Shown: positions 54,241-64,000 of the stretch, in pieces | Layout: every line of letters starts with the position of its first letter | How positions within the stretch are numbered: position 1 is the first letter of the stretch | Assembly (NCBI GenBank): GCA_951406725.2 | Contig: OX597816.1 | Span: forward strand, 51,522,001 to 51,586,000 | DNA from: Octopus vulgaris | Lineage: Eukaryota | Length of the DNA: 64,000 bases | Direction: 5' to 3' | Program-made: the position numbers and the translations under genes | The notes under the pieces: generated by a model | Database searches by the model: none | What the model saw: the letters and a program-made list of their open reading frames with translations, nothing else | Told to the model about the DNA's origin: nothing

Positions 54241-55174
54241 TCTAAATAAACGAATAAAAGCTGAAACCACCATGTGAGGCCACTGTTAGACTTTAGAGTG
54301 GAAAACGCTAAAAACAAAGTATCATCATTTTTAGGGTTATGAGATGAGAGCAAAGGTATACTTAGCTCATTTATTAAGAACCTGAATTCACAAAACAGTA
54401 TTATGTTGATAACACATTGTTGGAGAAAGCTTCCATCTACAAACAATATAACAAGTATCAGCAAATCAAACTGATGATAAACAAAGACACTAGATCACGA
54501 AGAATCATTCCAGGATATTTAGACATAATGGCAACTTCACTAGAAGAACCCAAAGCTTCTCTTCCTTTTATGAAAATCTGAGCCCTAAAAGTAAATAATT
54601 TTCAAGTTCACTCGAGACAAATATGGACGACCTCCAGCTTCCTAAATCGCAAACTTCTTTTGGCAATCATGAAATCTTGAAGCCCAATATGTAAATGTAA
54701 ATAAGTCGACTTAGGGATTCTTGTTGCGTTTCAAAATTCTTTATACTTGAACTTATTTTCCTATATATAAATATATATCTGAGCGTCCATCACTCCGTGT
54801 GTGCGTGTGTGTATGTGTGGAGGGTGTATATGTGTGTGGGGAAGGGTGTATGTGTGTGTGTGTTTATGTTGAAGAGATTCATGACGATAGATATGGAAAT
54901 TTGTGTATTTATCTGTAGTATGTTTTAAGAGCAGAACGGAACGGCAAATGCAGCAGGCGTGTCTATTGAATATGTGCTCACACATTTGCTGTCGTTGACA
55001 AATATGTCGATTCACCAAGCTTATAAAATCTCTGTTGGCAAGGAACCATTTATCATGGCAAAACCTATATTATTGCAGCTTCATGTAGATATAGAAAACA
55101 AAACAAAAATGATAAATAAAATTTAACCTTTGGTAGATAGGAAATAGAGTATAAAATTAAAATATATAATTCAT

Positions 55175-55265
55175 AAAGTCCTGGGGTAGATTTGCTCGAC
55201 TAAAGGCAGTGCTCCAGCATGGCCACAGTTAAATGACTGAAACAAGTAAAAGGGTAAAGAGAGTA
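55175..55265 (+). mobile_element. SINE family B, 3' tail fragment
   Basis: aagtcctggggtagatttgctcgactaaaggcagtgctccagcatggccacag... Confidence 0.8.
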
Positions 55266-55619
55266 ATCTCTATTTTCTTGTTTATTAATTTAGATATAGA
55301 TTTTCCCTTAATAATAAATGGATATCTTTTTGATTAAATTCTCTAGGATTATCGCTTCATCGAGGTAAGCGTTCACTCTAGTATGATGTACCAGGGGTTC
55401 GAAAAGAAGGTTTGATTTGAGGCACATTGCAAGGCTATTTCTATGGTAAAGGTGCTCGAGTGACCACGTAACAATTCCATAATTGGTTCAAACTTCTAGA
55501 AATTGCAACCAAATCTCCCTCAAAGCACATTCTATTGTCTTAAAAATACAATACCTAAGATGGAACTTACGGTCGTGAGAGTAAAACTGGTATTAGAATT
55601 GTTTAGATTTTTTGCCGTT

Positions 55620-55900
55620 AATGACGATGACAATGATGATGATGATCATCATCATCATCCTCATCATCATCATCATCATCATCCTCATCGTCATCATCGT
55701 CGTCGTCGTCGTCGTCATTATCATCATCATCATCGTCGTCGTCGTCGTCATCATCATCACCATCATTCCGATCATCAACTGCAAAAGCAGCAGCAGTAGC
55801 AGCATCAGCAGCAGTAGTAGTAGTAATGGTATTAGTAGTAGCAGCAGCAGCAGCAATAATAGAAGCGCTGGCTGCATCATCAACAGCACCAGCATCAATA
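55620..55900. repeat. Compound trinucleotide repeat (GAT/CAT/CGT/CAG/TAG)
   Basis: Direct reading. Confidence 0.9.
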
Positions 55901-56415
55901 GTATGCTAATGTAAGCGATAATTCATTATCATAGCAATTAAAGCAAAATCTATAGCATTATGACTGGTCAGGCTTTCTCAGTTTTGACGCCAAATATTTC
56001 ATTAAGTAATTGCAATGCGTCAGTTTCAGAGACTTCGTTTGCCAAAAATGTTTTAAATTATTCACATATCATTATACGCATATCATAAACTACCTGAATC
56101 ACTTGCCATTTATTTTTATATTGACTTCCTTTTTTCCCGAGTAGAAACAATGCCAACGGCTTTTCGCAAAGGATATAGACAACTAGGCCTATTTTGGCAT
56201 AATATTTGAAGATATATTCATCCTTGCATGATCTGAGTTGAGATACGAAGATATACATCGAAATCAACAATTAATTATTCTCTGTAGCCTAGTACATCAC
56301 ATCAGACCATGTTCCTTGGCTGATCATCGATTCAGGAATCTAATTCGTTTCTTGTTTTCTTATGTTGAATATTTAAATTCGGAAGAATAGAACTTATAGA
56401 TGGAACGTAGAGTAT

Positions 56416-56756
56416 TTGTTTCTCATTTTTTATTGCCCACAAGGGACTAAACATAGAGGGGGCAAACAAGGACAGACAAAGGGATTAAGTCGATCACATC
56501 GACCCCAGTGCATAACTGGTACTGAAATTTATCGACCCAGAAAGGATGAAAGACAAAGTCGACCTCGGTGGAATTTGAACTCAGAACGTAGCGGCAAACG
56601 AAATACCTATTTCTATTTCTTTACTACCCACAAGAGGCTAAACACAGAGAGGACAAACAAGGACAGACAAACGGATTATGTCGATTATATTGACCCCAGT
56701 GCGTAACTGGTACTTAATTTATCGACTCCGAAATGATGAAAGGCAAAGTCGACCTC
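56416..56756 (-). mobile_element. Tandem SINE family A pieces
   Basis: Two successive tail-plus-core segments. Confidence 0.85.
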
Positions 56757-57232
56757 AAATCCCGAGCAGAAATTGTGAACAATTAGAGCGTTTGAACCAA
56801 GCTTTGAAGAAGAAATTACCCGCTTTAGTGAATCGAAATGGAGTGATGTTTAATCAGGACAATGTGCGACCCGACACTGCAAAGATCACAGCACAAAAGA
56901 TCGAAGAGCTTGGTTGGGAAAAAATTCCTCATCCACCTTATTCTCCCAACCTTGCTCCTTCAGACTATCATTGGTTCCGTAATTTACAGAATAATTTGAG
57001 GATCATAACTTTCGCAAGCCAGGAGGAGGTCGAAACTGACATTTCAGAGTTCTTCGCTTTGAAACCAAGAGTTTTACATCGATAGATTAAAATGCTTGTA
57101 AATAGATAGAAGGAAGTCATAGATAAGATAATTAGAGAAAGTACATTGATGATTAATTTCAATTAAATATAGCATTTGATCACTTGTTTTCTTCATTGAA
57201 AAGTCGGACAGAACTTATGGGATGACCTGATA
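56757..57232 (+). mobile_element. Mariner transposase 3' fragment with probable right TIR
   Basis: QDNVRP...GWE.IPHPPYSPNLAPSDYH.F (mariner YSPDLAPSD motif); ends aacttatgggatgacctgata. Confidence 0.9.
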
Positions 57233-57958
57233 TTATCACTTTTAGACCTCACCCTACCATCTAATACAACGAAAGGTATTTTTGGCAATGTATTTCCTGA
57301 TACAAAAAATAAGGGAATGCTAACGATTGTAGCACAGTTGATCAACATCTGGAGTATGTGTGAAGTGCCCAAATCTAAAGTATCAATAAAACGTTGCCTT
57401 GTTTTCATAGTTATAGTAAATCCCCTCAGGCTAATATTTGTGAACTGTTTTGGTGAAACAGTTATTTAGAAGTGTTGACTGCTGCATTAAGCATTAAGTT
57501 TTTACTGTGTATTTTGGATTTTAACTCGAGTTCAACAACCATGCTCTTTAGAAAGATTACAAATATTTCATCAAGAAATATTTTTAAAAAAATGAAGGTT
57601 GACTGATGATCCGAATTACTGGGAAATGCTCAAACCACTGACGTTCATCTCTTCAGTATGAGTAACACAAAAAAAGAGAGATATGAAGAGGGAGAGAGGG
57701 ACGAGGAAGGGAAGAGAGAGAAACCGAATGACATGAGAAAAGAAAGAAAGCAACTTCAACACTATTTGCAAGTTACTTGAAAATAAAATATCATTAATCG
57801 ATGCACAGTTCGGCGTGAAGCTGTTAAGTAAGCTAAATAGATTATTGTCCAATGCACTACCAGTAGTTATTCCTTTCGCTTTGTGTTCCATTGAATGCTG
57901 AAGTGTTTGCGACTGAATTCGAAATTCAGACTGAAAACCCTAAAACAAAACTAAACTT

Positions 57959-58241
57959 ATTTCGTTTTTGGATTTGGTTTGCAAGATTCTTAATATGAGT
58001 TCGTGTGTTGAAGCATATTCTGTTGTATCTGGGGAGAGTCATTTTCTTTTTGTGCCTTATAATGTAACACACTCACCGGTAAAATTTCCACTTTTTTTCT
58101 TATTTTTATTTTCCTAAAATTTTCGTTGCGTCTTGCAACCTTTTCAATAGTCAACAAAATAAAAATAAGAAAAAAGTGGAAATTTTACCGGTGAGTGTGT
58201 TACATTATATGGCAAAAAAAGAAAAGACTCTCCCCAGACAC
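57959..58241 (-). mobile_element. Short PLE-derived insertion with U3-A8 hammerhead, 5' inversion and 15-bp TSD
   Basis: Arms about 58020-58112 and 58146-58245; minus motif cta-TTGAAAA-g-gttgc-aagac-gcaac-GAAA-at-TT^tag; aacaaaactaaactt at 57944-57958 and 58242-58256. Confidence 0.75.
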
Positions 58242-60026
58242 AACAAAACTAAACTTGATATATCAAATCTAGTTTCCTACTCAACTTTGCCCTTCAGCCC
58301 TAAACAAGAGCTGCTATTGATTTGATAATATGTACGCGTACCGTACCAAAGAATAGACATTCATTAACATTATGGGTTTAGTTAAATGGTTTTATTCTTC
58401 TTCAATAAAACTTATGATCTTCCACTTAGAAAAAAGTAATTATATACATAATCACAGCGTTGCCAATAAAGTTTAGTTAAAAATATCTTTGCCGCAGTTT
58501 CGATTTTGTTTGTGAAGCTGTATGCTAAGTGAACCGACAGTGACAGGTCTAGTACCTCGTTGATGGAAATCTCTTATCATTCCTCCAGCAATTATATTTA
58601 AATGATGCTGCAGACTTTAGAACTCCCAGTTCCCAAAGATCCGAAATATTTAAGTCCACTCTTCTTGATATTGCACTCTTTACAAGTCTGACAGATTTAT
58701 AATATATTAATTCCCTTGTCGGTGACCTTCATAACTATGTGTTAATAGACCTGTAAAATATAAACGAATGAATTAACGCATGAGTGAATCTAATTGGTTT
58801 TGCAATTGCATGCAACAATTTTTCTTTCTTTCTCTTAATTTTGTTCATTTGTCGAAAGAGTGAAGGTGGTTTTAGCATTTGACGTGAACTAAATGATGAA
58901 TTGCCATCTAAAATTACAATCAATGAATCGAAAGGGGTTAAATTGCTCCTACGTTCTTCAAATCCAGCACAATGAATAGAAACAAACAAAGCCACACATG
59001 AAAGAGATTACGCGTTATTTAACCGGCTCTTCCCCTTCATTTTAACCAAACAAACAAAATCCATCAAGTGCATTCTCAATCATAATCATAAAACAAAACA
59101 AAAAAATTAAAGCAAATATGAAGTATTCTCTTTTGATTCCTTTCTAAATGTAAACATTGATAACTTCCAGAGAAAAATTCTTTAACTTATCAATCAATCA
59201 AGTATTTAAAGAACTGTATGATCAATAGGTTAACATTAGGTAGATTTATAGTTGCCTTCAAAGATCTTCTGCAATCGAAAAATGTGTATAATCATAACAG
59301 AAGGTCTTAGTGAAACTAAGCCTCTGAGTCTGGGATACTGGCATGGTAGATTATACACAGAAATGAGAAAATAAGTCTATACATCAAGTTAAACATCGGC
59401 TGGGATATCAAATGTAGCGAGTAGATCACAATATGTTAAAGGTGGAAACAGCCATACCAACTCTATTCTCCTGTTAACGAACTGAACGATATTTTCTTTC
59501 TCAGAAATAAATTCATTGAATTGAATCTCTAGGGAGACTACGATAAATATGAGCGGCGTAAAAAGGAAACATGGTGTGAAACTTGCCTCGCATATTATTG
59601 GGTGACTCACGTATTTTTTCTCATGTCATAACAATAACTTAAATAAGTTTTTCAGGATCAGGAATAGTGATTGAGAGAGGAGAACAGCATACAAAATACG
59701 TTACGGTATCTAGTGGAATATTTGTAGTCACAAACTTCAAATCCGCCCCAGATTACTATAGATGTTGTACGAATAACACATTCAATACGCCTCGTCTACG
59801 AAAGTATGCCACGTGCATCTATAAGAAACTCTAAATTGATGATAGCATCTTAAAATATATATTGATTGCTTACTTAGTCCACAGATTCATCGAAGAAATA
59901 TTATAGAAATGTCTGTGTTTATGATTTTCCCAAGGGTATTTTGCGGATGAAATGAATTGACTTAAAGTTCCTCGCCAATAATCAGTATAAGACACTAGAC
60001 ATATACAAACATACACACAAACACAC

Positions 60027-60063
<37 letters not shown>

Positions 60064-60104
60064 TACACACACACACAAACACACACACACACACACAAAC
60101 ATAT

Positions 60105-60176
60105 TCTCTTCTTTTTACACTTTTACTTGTTTCAGTCATTTGACTGCGGCCATGTTAGAGCACCGCCTTTAGTCGA

Positions 60177-60236
<60 letters not shown>

Positions 60237-60405
60237 GCATATATGTATATATATATATATATACCGTTACTTAGCGGTTCAGCAAAAGAGACCGATAGAA
60301 TAAGTACTGGGCTCACAAAAGAATAAGTCCCGGGGTCGAGTTGCTCGATTAAAGGCGGTGCTCCAGCATGGCCGCAGTCAAATGACTGAAACAAGTAAAA
60401 GAGAA
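60105..60405. mobile_element. Two SINE family B 3' fragments in opposite orientation around (TA)n
   Basis: 60105-60177 is the minus-strand tail; 60263-60405 is the plus-strand 3' half. Confidence 0.8.
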
Positions 60406-60432
60406 AAATGAGAAAAATATATACACTTTGTA

Positions 60433-60472
<40 letters not shown>

Positions 60473-61309
60473 TAGATACAAAGTGTATATATATATATAT
60501 ATGTGTGTGTGTGCGTGTGTGTGTATGTATGCATGTATGTATATATATATCTGTGTATGTATGTAGGAATTTATGTATGTATACATGAGTACGTTATAGT
60601 ACATTCATTTATCTTAACTCTATTCGTGCTGATGCGAGGACAGCACCGCCACAACACCCTTTCTACAATCTACAGCATTTACATATTGTTATTTCATTCT
60701 ATAAATCATGATTAATAGAGATTTCTACAATGGGCTGAAAGACGAAATTGAAGGATAGGCTTCAAAAGATTAAACAAATAATTCTACAGTGTCACAGTAC
60801 AAGCATTCTCTTGGCGACTCCACTCAGATTTTCCGATAATTATACTATCACTACATTCAGCCTTCCACATTTTTCTTGTCTGTGATACACACATAACCAC
60901 CCACACACACGAATTCCAGGCCTCCTAAATTCCTACTACTTTCGGGTAATTGAAAAAAATATTCAAAAGTTTCGTTATAGACATGAAACAGTAAAAATAT
61001 TTTCTACTATAGGCACAAGGTCTGAAATTTGGAAGAAAGAGGCTAGTCGATTACATCGACCCCCAGTGCTCATACATGAGTCGCAAATAATAATGAAACG
61101 ATAATCGTTTGTTACTTTGGGCACAATTTGAACAGTTTTCAAGAGGAGGAGTTAACAAAATGAGCTTCCTCAGTACTTGACAGACACATTATTTTATTGA
61201 CCCCCGAACGGAAGAAAAAGCGGAGTTAACCGCTGCAGGATTTGAAATTAGATCTCATAGAAATAGAACAATATATTGAAATACATGTTTCCCGACGCTC
61301 TCGCGATTC

Positions 61310-61345
<36 letters not shown>

Positions 61346-61910
61346 ATTCTATTTTTAGCACAGCAGTTTTAAATGGGACGACCACAGTGACTTGGATGCT
61401 GCTTTAATTTATCGGCCCAGAGAAGATGAAAGGTAAATCCAGACTCGATGAATTTTGAACTCGGAATACAGCTAAAGTAGCAAAGCCTTTTTTTTTGTTT
61501 TGTAATTGAATTATATTATATTCTTGTTTCCATTTTTATAGATGAATATATAAGAACCATCTCTATCAACCGCACATTAGCATATATCTAGAACAGAATT
61601 TAGAGACATTTTTTAAACAAACAGCAAACAAACTCTTCCAGGAAGTTTAGAAACTATATACTAATCAAATTGCTTAAAGGACATTGAACACCCAGAGAGA
61701 AACATATAAACATACAACCTTTCCTCAATTACATTTGTGAACATCAAATCAAGAGCAAGAGAGAAACAATTTTCTGCAGTAACAAAGCCATGACATGTCT
61801 AAATAATAACCCCAACCCTACAACTGAAAACTAAATAGCCTAAATGTGGACAAGTAAAGAAATTACCAGAAATAACCTTCCTATATTCTTTTGTGAAAAA
61901 AAACTTGTCA

Positions 61911-62288
61911 AGGCGCAGGAGTGGCTATGTGTTAAGTAGCTTGCTTACCAACCACATTTTTCCGGGTTCAGTACCACTGCGTGACACCTTGGGCAAGTGT
62001 ATTCTACTATAGCCTCGGGCCGACCAAAGCCTTGTGAGTGGATTTGCTGGACGGAAACTGAAATAAGCCCGTCGTATATATGTATATATATATATACATG
62101 TGTGTGTATTTGTGTGTCTGTGTTTGTCCCCCCAACACCGCTTAACAACCGATGCTGGTGTGTTACCGTCCACGTAACTCAGCAGTTCGGCAAAAGAGAC
62201 CGATAGAATAAGTACTAGGCTTACAAAGGCGGTGCTCCATTATGGCCAAAATCAAATGACTTAAACAAGTAAAAGAGTAAAAGAGTAA
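61911..62288 (+). mobile_element. SINE family B, near full length
   Basis: Head, internal microsatellite and tail, with a small internal deletion. Confidence 0.9.
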
Positions 62289-63030
62289 ACTCAAGTACTG
62301 AACTTTGTACTTTTGGCCTTTATATTGTCAAAGTAACAAGATTAAATCTAATAATATCAAAAGCAGCAAAAATACTATCACGTCATGTTCCTTTCAAACA
62401 AAAGAGAAACACCTACAAGTGTGGAAGCGCTCTTGACTAAATCTTGTTGGGGTACATATCAATCAAATTTCAAGCTTCAAATTTCGATTAAACACTTTGA
62501 ATGATGAAACGCCAAATGGTAGATGGAGAGTTTTGATGCTGTATTCAATCTCGGAACCTAACTTTATTTTATGTTTCTCATCATCACATCCATAAGAGGT
62601 ATTTATGTCTATTTACACGCAGAACACTATCTAAATTTGAATGAAAATAAAATATTTACTGGTAATAGCTGTAAGTTTAGTTCTTGTTTATGTAAACAAA
62701 CTCACTGTTTAAATATTTCAACCCGCGGAAGCTGAAGTAGATAAAGATATTAATATTGATTTCAAATTTTGACTTAATGCGATTAATTTAGGGGATCGGA
62801 TAAATCGATTACATCGGTGGAATTTGAACACAGAACCTATAGACGGACGAAATGCCGTTAAGCATTTTACCCGGCGTTTAACGATTACACTAGCTCACCG
62901 TCTTAAAATGTAATGACTGGGAACAAAGAGCGTGAAACCCTTTTTATACCCAGTCAGCCAGTCGACACTCTGTGGATGAAGGCATTAATATTAATATATT
63001 CTCCTGCTTTTGTAGTATAATAGTCTGAAT

Positions 63031-63266
63031 AAAGGCGGCGAGCTGGCAGAAACGTTAGCACGCTGGGCGAAATGCGTAGCCATATTTCGTCTACCGCTAC
63101 GTTCTGAGTTCACATTCCGCCGAGGTCGACTTTGCCCTTTTATCCTTTCGGGGTCGATAAATTAAGTAACAGTTGCCTACTGGTGTCGATGTAATCGACT
63201 TAATCCGTTTGTCTGTCCTTGTTTGTCCCCTCTACGTTTAGCTCCTTCTGGGTAGTAAAGAAATAG
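63031..63266 (+). mobile_element. SINE family A with 16-bp TSD
   Basis: gtataatagtctgaat at 63015-63030 and 63267-63282. Confidence 0.92.
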
Positions 63267-64000
63267 GTATAATAGTCTGAATGTGAACGACTGATGTATA
63301 CTTTACATACAATTTAAATAATTGAATAATGACAGTTGTGATTTAGATTTAGTTTCAGTTCTCGAAGTTTACTTCGCGGATGAAAAGGCATATGTAATTG
63401 TGGAGAAAGTGCTAGAATCGAAACAGTCCCTTCGTGTAATGAAAAAAATATTTAGTACGTTCAGTCGATTGTGCAATACATAAGACATTTAACAGAAAGG
63501 ACACTGAATTGCGTAGGTTTCTGCTTTGATTGAAGAGGCTGTCTTAATAATTTCTTAATGTATTTTTTCTCTCTTTATCTTATGTTTGTGAATGAATGTT
63601 TCCCTATCAACCATCCGGCCTTTGTTTACTTGTGTGTGTTTGTTTGCAAGTGGTTAGAGATATATGTATAAATATTTAGTAGAGGATGCAAAGAGTTAGC
63701 GTTTATTAAAACCTATGATATGTTTCTATTGTGAGAAGGGAATTCGCCTTTGTAATATGATGTAGCTATAAGAAACATATGAGCCTTTCATTGATTGTTA
63801 AGACTTGACAGTTATCTAAAGAGAAGTTTAGTTCAAAACAGTCGAATTATTGTTTCTACCGTATACAAAGTGCAGAAAGCGATAACGCTATACGAACCAG
63901 CAATGGTTTGGCTAACTACAACTCAATGTGTATTGAAAAAAAAAACATGAAAAATAACGAAAAAACTTGGTTAAAGTTACGCAGTATATGCAAGTGGCAG

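Noticed and set aside
55503-55914. His/Arg/Gln-rich protein
   Set aside because: Compound trinucleotide microsatellite with open frames on both strands and no flanking coding signal.

Overview
AT-rich, microsatellite-dense eukaryotic non-coding DNA. The SINE families and repeat landscape look cephalopod/octopus-like (inference). No host protein-coding gene can be supported, and almost all ORFs in the track are translations of simple repeats. The window contains four tRNA-derived SINE families, relics of Penelope-like elements (PLE, GIY-YIG endonuclease), R4/Dong-type and CR1-like LINE fragments, and mariner/Tc1 fragments. The main signal is RNA catalysis. (1) A young tandem array of a 359-bp unit (17980-20157) in which every full unit carries a canonical type I hammerhead ribozyme at the tip of a long predicted hairpin, ending in an inverted copy: a non-LTR retrozyme-like, putative circRNA-producing locus. 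(2) Two unrelated repeat families whose hammerhead segments appear in a non-circular (scrambled) order, with compensatory stem I changes between copies of one family. (3) Many short foldback insertions carrying minimal PLE-type hammerheads, including U3-A8 core variants. All structures were read by eye; none were folded computationally or tested.
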